A stretch of DNA of 64,000 bases from Chlorokybus atmophyticus (lineage: Eukaryota > Plantae > Mesostigma and Chlorokybus algae). The DNA is taken from the NCBI GenBank assembly GCA_009103225.1, contig RHPI01001428.1, positions 308,158 to 372,157 on the forward strand. Reading direction: 5' to 3'. A program made the position numbers and the translations under genes. A model generated the notes under the pieces. It was not told the origin of the DNA and did not search any database. It was given only the letters and a program-made list of their open reading frames with translations. This document shows, piece after piece, positions 48,101 to 58,566 of the stretch (positions are counted from its first letter, which is position 1; every line of letters begins with the position of its first letter).

Positions 48101-51100
48101 GTCGCGTAGTAGCGATGGGTCGTCGAGAGTCTTGCGGACCATACCGACACACTGCAAGGCGAGAACCCATCGTAAGCATCGTGTACACGACTCGTGCGAC
48201 ACGCAACATGAGCGTGAGAGTGTCTCCTCACTTTTGTGGGCGTGGTGTTGTTCCATGTGGGGCAGGTGGCGTTCAACTTAAGTCTCATGTTGTCCGGCCC
48301 GGCATTGGCGTAGTCACGGATGAAGCGATTGGCATCATCCGCGCAGCGGTGACAGCTGTCGGTGCAGTTGGGTGTTGGGCCAACACCCGGAGCGGGAACA
48401 GGACCCGCGCCAGGACCCGGCCCGTACGTGATGTTGCTGTGGCACATGTTGTTGTATCGGCAAACGGACACGCCGCCGCGGGACAGTTGTGGGGATAGGC
48501 AGCCCTCCGCACCCGACCAACCGTCACACACGTTGCGCACTGGTACACAGGTAGTTAGCGCTGTTGTTGTTGTACAAGTATGCATAAGCCAAGATAATGT
48601 TAGCTTGTGCCACCAACTCTACCTGTTGTGCATCGGTCATTGGTTCTCTTGTCCAGGCCGCAGCCAAGGAAGTCGTAACCAGTGCACTCGCGCGTGCTTA
48701 GTGTGGAACAAAGGTCTGTGCAACAAGAGCGTCAGCAGCTGGCATCATATTATGCATGCGTTGTTGATCCTGCGGCCTGGTGTAAACTGCTGGAGGCATT
48801 GACACGAGTGTGGGATTGAGTGGGACCTACCATTAGCTGGCAGGCATTGGCCGCCCCATGTGCAATTGGCAAGCGGACAGTCTGTGATGGATGTGTACTG
48901 GCAGCACCAGTCTTGCCTGGAGTCGCACCCTGGATTGGAACACAGACTTGTTAGTAGCAGTACAATACACCTTGCTTGGCTTTCCGTTCTGTATCAGCAT
49001 ACACAGTATCTGTATCTCTGCTGCACCTGTGTTGTTAAGGTACGAGTTGGGGCTCGGGGCCGGTGCAATGGGCGGGCATCCTGCAGGTCAGAATGGAGGT
49101 TGTCTTTGGTGCAAGTGCAATACGTGATTGCCACAGCGGCATCATCCTGGCTTTGTTACTACTGACTCACCTTGGCAGAAAAATCGGGCGCACACCTCCA
49201 CCTGCGATCGCACGGGGCCAATGTCGCGTGATCGATTGTAGAACGCGAGGACGAAGTCGCACGGGACTGTGGTAAGGAGGTTCGACCCTGCCAGGCAGCT
49301 ATCCCTTGCCAGAGAGATATTGACCTGCCCATTGTCGATCGCGTTGGCTAAGCTCGCGCACATCCCGCAACCCTGATAATCGCATCCTCCGGAACCCTGA
49401 TTGGGTCCTGGTCCCGGGTTGGGTCCCGGGTTGGGGCTCCCAGGTGCTTGTGGTGCGCAGAAGGCACGGCGGGTACATGCCGGCGAGGGGCAGTCTTGAG
49501 GAGAGTACTGCGGGCAGGTGTTGGAGCTGTTGCGGCAGATGGCGTCGCCGCTGCCGACAGGCAACGAGGCTGCCGGGTGTGCCACGTCCCACACGCAAGG
49601 TGACCCAGCGGTCGTGCACGCTGACGAGGAATTATACTTAAGGCAGAAGTCTGCAACACATACACACCACGCCTTGTGAGGCCACATTAACCGCCACCAA
49701 ACAAGAAATTGTCTAAAAGCCGGAACAAACACTATACAAACAAGCACAGGTTGCTGACACACAAGATATCAACCGTATTACATAGATACGCGCAGTCTTA
49801 CCATCCCCCAGCGACCGGCACTCGTCTCTCCACACGCATCCGCTATCCTCGCCGCACCGCAGAAGCGTCTCCCTCTTCCCACATTGGCTGTTGTCTTGTC
49901 CCGGGGGGGCTCCCATGTTGGGACTCGGAGGCTGGGAACCAGGGCCTTGGCCAGGACCTTGGGGAGGACCTTGGCCAGGACCCTGGGGAGGAGCTTGGCC
50001 GGGAGCTTGGCCGGGGCCTTGGCCGGGGCAGGCGAAGCGTGGCCGGCAGACTGGCAGAGGGCTCCCCACGGATGTGCAGGAGGAGGGGTTGGTGGATGCC
50101 ATGCAGGGGTTGGAGACTGTTGCAAGGAGGGACAATTGAGATGTGTGTGTAACGTAAACATGCATTTTATTTGAAAGTAAAAGAGCGTCTTGAACGTACG
50201 GCTTGTGCATTGCGTGGAACGGTCGGACCACTGGCAGCCGAGGTTGGATGGGCAGGTCGTTGAATCCGCGCCAAGCGAGCATACGTCTGCGCACACCACA
50301 ATCAACGTCAATCGTTTTAGCGTCTAAACGTGAACCTGAAAAGCAGAAAGCAAGACGAGTTCAAGTACCAAAGGCCATGTCGCAGCCAGCATAGAGCTGT
50401 TGCTCGATGGGGCAGGCGTGAGGGTCAGCTTGCCGGCAGCCCTGGCGTGGGAGGCAGACGGGGACACCGCGGCTGTCGGTGAGGCCCATGCACGCCGCCA
50501 GCGAGCTGCCCGCCAGCTGGCACACGTCCACTACTGACTGGCAGGAGCCATCATTGCTGTTGTTGTTGCCGCCGCTGGTGTTCTGCTTTCTCCAGACGCA
50601 GCCCAGGTGCGCGTCGCAGTCCTTGTCTGTGCGGGCACTGCCGCAGACATCTATTGCAAACAAAAGTCAGCCCTCAAGGAATGGTGCACTGCTAATAGTC
50701 ACGTTGGCCTCTTGTTGTTTCTTACCCCATGCGAGTTGGCAGCCCGTCTGCCATGCGCACCCCTCAGCCTTGGCGCAGTTGGCTGGTGCAGCAATGGCGC
50801 AGCACGTGTTGTTGTTGCCTTGGCCCGGGCCGGGTGCAGCAGCAGCGTCTGTGCTAACACCTGCCGCCGCCGGTGTGCGCGTTGGTGGGGGAGTCCCGCC
50901 CTGCTGCTGGGGAGCTGGGGCACCACCTTGTTCACCTGGACTTGGAGGACCACCTTGGTTGGGACCTGGAGGACCGCCCTGGTTGGGATCTGGAGGACCA
51001 CCTTGGGTTGGGCCTGGCGGACCACCCTGGTTGGGACCTGGAGGACCACCTTGGGTTGGGCCTGGCGGACCACCCTGGTTGGGACCTGGGGGACCACCTT

Positions 51101-52440
51101 GGGTTGGGCCTGGCGGACCACCCTGGTTGGGACCTGGGGGACCGCCTTGGGTGGGGCCTGGAGGGCCGCCTTGGGTGGGACCTGGCGGGCCGCCTTGGGT
51201 GGGGCCTGGCGGGCCGCCTTGGGTGGGACCTGGCGGGCCGCCTTGGGTGGGACCTGGCGGGCCGCCTTGGGTGGGACCTGGAGGACCACCTTGGGTTGGG
51301 CCTGGCGGACCACCCTGGTTGGGACCTGGGGGACCGCCTTGGGTGGGACCTGGAGGACCGCCTTGGGTGGGACCTGGAGGACCGCCTTGGGTGGGACCTG
51401 GAGGACCGCCCTGGTTTGGACCTGGTGGGCTACCCTGGTTGGGCCCTGGAGGACCTCCTGAGGCTGGCCCCGGGGGTCCTTGGGTTGGAGCAGGACCGGG
51501 TCCTCCAGGTGGCCCGGGGACGGGACCGCCACTTGCAGGAGGCGCTCCGGCATTGAAGCAGGTGGTTGTGTCATAGCAAACGCCTTGCCAGCTGCATACA
51601 CCTGCCCCCGTTGCGTCGCGGTTGCCCAAGCAGAGCGTGCGGTTAAGCGCAGTGATGGCGCACACGTCCACACCTGCGTGCATGACGCAGCGAGGGGTGT
51701 GGTGGGTGCTGTGGTGTAGCTACGGGTTTGTTTGAGCTCTTATGAAGCGCATCTTTGCATGATATGTGCAGATGTGGTAGCAGTTGTTGGCATGCGCGGG
51801 CGACAGCACCCCCCCCCCCNNNNNNNNNNCCCCCCCCCCCCCAGCCCCCACCCCTCAACACCCACCCACCCACCAGTGCACCTTATGTTGAATAGGTGCT
51901 ACGGAGTTTGAGTGCAGCTTGTGTAAATATGCATGCAAGCATTAACGACCCCCCACCCCACCCCCTCCCACGCGCCCCCCCTTTCCCTACCCTATCATAT
52001 CTCCAACATGGTAGTTACAACACAGAACTAGTCACCTCATGATAGTAGAGGTACTAGTAGTGGTGGTGGTAGTAGTGGTAGTAGTGATAGTGGTAGTGAT
52101 AGTAGTAAAAGCCACCATAGTGCATGCACATCTAACTCTCGATCACCCCACTCACGTCTGTTGCAGGCCGTCCCGCCCGCTGAGTTGGTGTCCCAGGTGC
52201 ATCCCAGGCGCCCGAGGCAGGTGCCGGGCTGCTTCGCATCGGCGCAAGGGTCTGTCACAAAGAGAGAGCATACGTCATCCAGGTGAGTACCGAACTTATC
52301 CTCTCTCCCAGTCATCATATAGGAGGTGATGCGTTTCAGTTGCACTCAGCTCAAATTACCTTTGGGGGCTGTGCAGATCTCACTCCAGCCACAGATTGTG
52401 TTTGCTCTGCATTTGGCAGCGTCCAGTGGCCCGCAAGCAT
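39132..52440 (-). CDS. Giant type-I membrane protein: Cys-rich PSI-like repeats, Gly/Pro repeats, four saposin-like domains, REJ/PKD region, GAIN/GPS-like region, TM helix, short PPxY tail
   Basis: A continuous spliced reading runs from DACGPLDAAKCRANTICGW (acceptor 52441) through many CxxxxCxW modules and four saposin-like units ending in C..L..C or the variant CARFFC. REJ-type segments follow (FTIDGSYS, YSVELVV, LLAVIDGGNRDARVDQPITLSGANSLDPD, FQFHWSC, YLWTC, FTYEFGY, CYVCVSDAYGA), then VTCTSTRTGDFVV, a Thr/Pro stalk, TM GIVVGAAVGGALLAVGAAVAVVLV, RRRR and PPPPAY. The stop is at 39132. The true start is not found; a candidate first exon lies at 53098-53156. Confidence 0.85.
50955..51458 (-). 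repeat. Coding 24-bp minisatellite, about 21 units encoding GGPPGP[T/N]Q
   Basis: The translation of ORF 50667-51683 shows about 21 consecutive octapeptides, and 21 x 24 bp = 504 bp matches the span. Confidence 0.95.
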
Positions 52441-54961
52441 CTGCAACCACAATGGTATGAAGTAATGGACAACAACAGAGATTACACCAATCAAGCCAAG
52501 GACGCACTGTCACCAGAAACTAGCATGAAGGAGGGCAGTGGGGGTTGCATGCGTGCTTGAAGACAGTTTGCACAATGGACACATAGTGACTTTGAAACTG
52601 TATGATAGGTCAGTAAAGTGGTATGACCATCAGCTGTTAGACTGACTGAGCCTGGCAGGTCATGTCGTTACCACGAGCCTGAACTTGCTAAGAACAATTG
52701 CAGACAATTGTGGCGGAGCTTATAGGTTATGAGCTTCGTAGCAATGCACGAAAACCATGCGATGTATGCAAGATGAAGTCACTTCGTTTGCATAAAGCAT
52801 GACCGCGAATATCGACGTACAGAGTCAAGTCAATTCAAGCGTGCTTTCTCGTGATGACCATCTCGTTGACTAATTAGTCAAAATCAGTAAGTATCATCCC
52901 CCTTTCTAACATATCCCCCCCCACCCCACCCCCCCCACCCCACCCCATGCACGTAGGCCAAAGACAACATTGGCATGCACGCATGTGCATGTACGTGCAA
53001 GCAGAGTCGCGTGTTTGAATTACCGCACACGCGTGCACACACACACACATGCTTGCGCAGAAGCACACAAACTCCTACATGAACAAGCAACACTGACCTT
53101 GGGCGGAGACTGCGACAGTCAGTAATGCCAGCCCGCACAACACCAGCGCCAGACATCGCTTACTTATGCAATCGCCCATAAGGACGCGCTCAACGCCCAT
53201 CGTGGATGGTAAGCAAGTGTTGTACTCTTATTGCTACCAGGCTAGTTCATATATCTTAGGGCGAATGAAATAATGTGCTGTAATATGTAGTAATCGGAAA
53301 ATGTGCTGCAGTAGCAGCGGCAGTGATACACTAAACTAGCGAGTTGAATCAGAGGATGAGAGCCTAGGATTGTACACAGCTTCAGCCCCTCAACCAGCGG
53401 TTGAATCAGTTGTACAGTGTTGTGTAGCCAAACAGATCAGCAGAGGAGTGGTGAGATTGAAGCGCAAAACGACTTAGAGCCGTATCACCACTTGCTGTTT
53501 TCCACAAGCTCCCATCCCACTCCACCGCAGCCCAAGGCATAGTCAAGTCATACTGCCATACGCCCCGTTGCTTGACGTGGTTAAGCAGCTCGCCGCCTTC
53601 TGCTGTGCGAGCTCCACCTTTGAATCAGTCAGAGGCTGGAGGTTTGTAGGGTTGCTTCTGGCGATCAGATATCCACATTGTTGAGGGGCGGGCAATGCGT
53701 GCGTGTACCCTGTCTCCCCTTGACCGTTGTTGGTGGCAGACCGGCCGTTTTGAAAAAGCGCAGTCTGTGTGCCCGTTTCTCCTCTACTTCAGAGTTATGT
53801 TGAGGCAAGCAATGTGAGTTGAAGCAAACTGTGCAGTCGGATCGCCCGAGGGGGGCCCATCACCCCATCCATGTGGTAAAATTAGGGCATGCGCAACGTA
53901 GTTACTGTATAATTACGCCCTTGGCTCCCAAGACTTGGTATCTGCCTCTAATGCATAAGCCGGTGGATCAGATGGCGTTCCTTTTCAGGCTGAAAATTTC
54001 AGCACTATATTTGGCGTGTGTGCAAGGGGAGTCACGTGACGGCGCCCAGTGTGTCGCACACTGCGCGAGGCTGCTGCAGCGCGCGCCCGGGCATGTCGCT
54101 CTCGCTCTCTCTCTCTCTCGCTCTCTGTCGCTCTCTGTGCGCTAGCAGAGTCGTGTCGCGGTTGTCACTGACAACTTGTCAGGTCAGAATATTGCTCGAC
54201 GTCAAGGGCACTGTTCATATCTGTCTCTAATTCACTGACTACCTACCCATCACTGTTTACAAAAGAAGCAAAGCACAGCATGCATATGGTATAGCAAAGG
54301 GGCCAATAGTATAGCACACAACAACCAGCCAACATAACAATGCATATAAAAAGCTGGTGCTGCCCGCATGATGGGCCAAGTTTTGAAGTATAAACGTTCA
54401 GTACCGAAGTTTGTTTCATTTTGCAACCTCGCATGTTTTATATGTTGTATTTGTATAGCATAAGCAAGAACGATTATGTGCTGAGACGAAATTATCTTGT
54501 TTATGTTATTTGCATAATTAATGTTGATTATAATGATTATATCGTCAATCACACAGCATGTAACACAGCAGTATCTTGCATGCTGACAAGTATATCGTTA
54601 TGCAACATTAAAACTTTTGTGGGTGTCCTTTCGTGTCGTTAACAGCCACTAAAAATGTGACAACCCTAATAATGGACATTGCCACCACCGCTGTACAATG
54701 TTGCCACCGCCTTCTTGTGGACAGCTTTTATGAAAATTAGGCATGCATTTTATATTGCTAAACATAGTGTACTCTCATGTCATGGTGGCAAATGTTTTCC
54801 ACCATAAAGTATGGCATGATAGTGTGGTCCCCCCAATTACTACACCCGCAATCTTGTACTGTGGCAGTACGCGGAACACACTTTGCAGGGTACGTTGCAC
54901 AGTATAACACACGAGGCAATGCTACGCTGCGCATTGATACAACCCCCCTGTTCGCCCCCCC

Positions 54962-55823
54962 NNNNNNNNNNNNNNNNNNNNNNNNNNNNNNNNNNNNNNN
55001 NNNNNNNNNNNNNNNNNNNNNNNNNNNNNNNNNNNNNNNNNNNNNNNNNNNNNNNNNNNNNNNNNNNNNNNNNNNNNNNNNNNNNNNNNNNNNNNNNNNN
55101 NNNNNNNNNNNNNNNNNNNNNNNNNNNNNNNNNNNNNNNNNNNNNNNNNNNNNNNNNNNNNNNNNNNNNNNNNNNNNNNNNNNNNNNNNNNNNNNNNNNN
55201 NNNNNNNNNNNNNNNNNNNNNNNNNNNNNNNNNNNNNNNNNNNNNNNNNNNNNNNNNNNNNNNNNNNNNNNNNNNNNNNNNNNNNNNNNNNNNNNNNNNN
55301 NNNNNNNNNNNNNNNNNNNNNNNNNNNNNNNNNNNNNNNNNNNNNNNNNNNNNNNNNNNNNNNNNNNNNNNNNNNNNNNNNNNNNNNNNNNNNNNNNNNN
55401 NNNNNNNNNNNNNNNNNNNNNNNNNNNNNNNNNNNNNNNNNNNNNNNNNNNNNNNNNNNNNNNNNNNNNNNNNNNNNNNNNNNNNNNNNNNNNNNNNNNN
55501 NNNNNNNNNNNNNNNNNNNNNNNNNNNNNNNNNNNNNNNNNNNNNNNNNNNNNNNNNNNNNNNNNNNNNNNNNNNNNNNNNNNNNNNNNNNNNNNNNNNN
55601 NNNNNNNNNNNNNNNNNNNNNNNNNNNNNNNNNNNNNNNNNNNNNNNNNNNNNNNNNNNNNNNNNNNNNNNNNNNNNNNNNNNNNNNNNNNNNNNNNNNN
55701 NNNNNNNNNNNNNNNNNNNNNNNNNNNNNNNNNNNNNNNNNNNNNNNNNNNNNNNNNNNNNNNNNNNNNNNNNNNNNNNNNNNNNNNNNNNNNNNNNNNN
55801 NNNNNNNNNNNNNNNNNNNNNNN
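54962..55823. other. Assembly gap (N run) flanked by poly-C tracts
   Basis: A run of N. Smaller gaps occur at 1159, 51820-51829 and 57602. Confidence 0.99.
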
Positions 55824-56965
55824 GCCCCCCTTTCACCACGTGTATTTAGAGAAGTGTCGAATGCCCACATGTATATCATTTCACATGAGATGCCACATGT
55901 ATGCAGGCACTCGGGTGCTGTTTATTTTTGCTCGCATGAGCTGCCAGAGGGCCGCGGCTATGGCATCAGGAAGTCCTATTGCTATCAGATGCTAATGATC
56001 ATTAAGTTGTTATTATGGTTTTGGTACTACAAGCCGCTTGTTGTTATTTAATCATTGATAAACACTTGATAGGCTCAGATCCTATCAACGCACGCGTACG
56101 TCTGCTTAAGCAAAATCAATCAAAGCATATTGTGATTGACTTTTCAGGCTCGTCAACACCGCAGACATGTGGTCTTAAGACAGCAAGGTTGGTAAAACCG
56201 GCTGACAATACTCGAGACATGTGAGCTGTAAAATCGGCGCCTTAACCACTAGGCCATGGCAGCAAAAATCGCTGCCATAGGGGGAGCCACACGTGCCTCA
56301 TACATGTCCCATACCATATTCGCTACATGAGCAAAGCTTCCAGTGGCAGGGGTCGAGCAGTTGTTATTATTATTGTCATGCATGCTCTTGCACGCCCGAG
56401 GCTGACCTTTACCTCTGTTTTCCTAATGCGCTTTGCAACTTGCCTAACCATTGATATTTGCTCCTTACTTGTTACATATCACCCTGATGCTTGAGGGTCT
56501 TGTGTACATGAATGTACATAATGGGAGATGCACACATGCATAGACAACATAACTTGTCTATGGCATGCCTCATACCCCACACAACAACATCTGGACACGG
56601 TCAACACAACCACCAGGCCAACAAACACTCAGGTTACCAACTGCCTCGCTACTCCTACCAATATACCCCATCCCCGTCAGTTGTGCATAGGCTTTCCAAT
56701 CACAAGCACAAGCAAGATGCACAGGCAAGCACACACGGCCACCCACACAACCAGGCACAGGATAGGTTGCTGTAAAGACAGCGCACAGACAAACTATGTG
56801 CTGTAGCTAAGTGCGTGAAGTGTGCAGCGCGAGAGAGGTTTGTTGTGGGGCCAAGGAGGAGGGGATGCAACAGACCTATGTGCACAGGTGCCAGGGTCAG
56901 GCTGAGGTCTTGTTGTCGACGACAGCAACAATAACAGCAGCAGAAGGAGGTTGTGCATGGCAGCA

Positions 56966-57013
56966 TGTGGCTGCTGATCACGTTGACATGTGTCAACGTC
57001 ATCAGCAGCCACA
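56966..57013. repeat. 48-bp inverted repeat, 23-bp arms with one mismatch
   Basis: tgtggctgctgatcacgttgaca-tg-tgtcaacgtcatcagcagccaca. Confidence 0.9.
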
Positions 57014-57518
57014 CTCCAAGCGCATCAGTGTCGTCTCAGTATCACGGCAAGGACGACTACCAATTTCCCCCCGTCGCCGCTCCCAAAACCCACCACCACT
57101 ATCAGCTGCAGTCGTCGCTGCGGTTGCATTTCGCCAAGCTGTCGGCTTTTGTCAACATACCGTACCACATGCAACCGTATCGTACGCGCATGTGTTGTGA
57201 TTGACTCTACGTTGGCACCGACTTGATATGATGCTTGCTTGCATGTTTTCGCCTTGCTTTAAATTTTGATGTTTCCTTCAATGCAAATTTTGTACATACC
57301 ATGGATATGCAATCTTCCATGCACACAACATACAAGACACATGCAAGAATGCACGATTACAACATAGCATGCAGGCGACAACCATTGTTAACACATCCAC
57401 CACCGGGCTCACCTACTCTACCAAAGCTACTACCAATGCTATCACCCCGTTGGACATGCAAGCATGCATGCAATCATCATCACCTGCCCACACAGGCTGT
57501 GTTATGTAAAGGAAGGGG

Positions 57519-57601
57519 AGACGCAGCCCAGGTGCGCGTCGCAGTCCTTGTCTGTGCGGGCACTGCCGCAGACATCTATTGCAAACAAAAGTCAGCCCTC
57601 A
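57519..57601. repeat. Exact 83-bp copy of 50594-50676 (exon fragment plus intron end of the giant REJ gene)
   Basis: agacgcagcccaggtgcgcgtcgcagtccttgtctgtgcgggcactgccgcagacatctattgcaaacaaaagtcagccctca is identical at both sites in the same orientation. The copy ends next to the N at 57602. Confidence 0.92.
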
Positions 57602-58566
57602 NACACACAAACACACAACGTTCACACGCTCAAACACATGCACAACAGCAAGCAAGCACTCGAATTAACATAGAGGGCATACAGGCACTAGCTATGTGCA
57701 CTAACTAAGTGCGTGCAAGGGGTGACGATGAGGGCGGGTGAGCAGGCAGGGCAGGGCAGGGCAAAGGCGCGCAAAGAACCACCACCTGTGGTGGCGCAGC
57801 GACAGGCGTTAGACGTCGCAGTCCTCGCAGGTGCACAACAGCAGCAGCAGCAAGCAGGCAGCAGGGCGAGGGCGGGGTGAGGGATGCTGTGCTGTGCGGT
57901 GTTGTGGTTGGCGTTGCAGTGCAGCCGCCACAGGTAGTAGTGTCCATTGTAAGACCCGCCACAAGCAATCACAAACAGTCCAAAATAGCCTGCAGTCAAA
58001 GTTTCCAAAGGACTAATCAGTTTAAAGGCAAGATTAGCAAGTGCAGACCAGTGTGTGTAATTGATAAGACGTCAGAACTGACTGTCACGCAAGAGCAGCA
58101 TGCAGACACAGTATGCAGAGCATCACATGCAAATGATGCTAGCACACGCCGCAAGTACACTTGTCACCAGTCATGGGTGCACAAGTGTAGCTGCAAGCTG
58201 CACGAGTTCGGCGATATACACAGGCAAAGACATATGCATGCGCGGCACGTGTGCACGTGTACCATCCTTGAGCGTAAACATGGGCAAGCCTAAACATCAA
58301 CATACCGGCTCAGTTGGCATTTGTGACGAGAAAACAGCCACAATGGCTTGCTTCCAAGCTTTTACCACCACAACAATTGTGCAAGGGCGTGGCTGCAAGG
58401 GGTCCCAAGGGGCCATGCAACAACCAGCATGTCATAAGAGGCGACATAATGATTCAAGTGTTGTGTCGACGCCAATGCTTACTCAACAGCACTAAACGCA
58501 CTTTACGCACAGTGCTCATGGATTGCCACGGACGAATGCCCGTCTGCGTATGCTATGCTCATCTTG

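Noticed and set aside
50955-51458. Collagen-like domain or CRISPR-like array
   Set aside because: The period is 8 aa, which breaks the Gly-X-Y register. The repeats are contiguous without unique spacers and there are no cas genes.
50479-51576. Long plus-strand and alternative-frame ORFs (GPGGPPWV, WRTTLVGT repeats)
   Set aside because: These are stop-free shadows of the GC-rich 24-bp coding repeat. Only the minus frame joins the flanking Cys-rich exons.
54758-56051. 300-424 aa ORFs
   Set aside because: Artefacts of translating through the N gap.
56235-56278. tRNA gene, or permuted tRNA, on the minus strand (GCTGCCA-TGGCCTAGTGGTTAAGGCG, with a complementary TGGCAGC upstream)
   Set aside because: An A-box/D-arm-like stretch is present, but there is no paired anticodon stem and no TTCRA T-loop upstream or downstream. 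At most it is a tRNA/SINE-derived fragment, which tRNAscan-SE or SPLITS could confirm.
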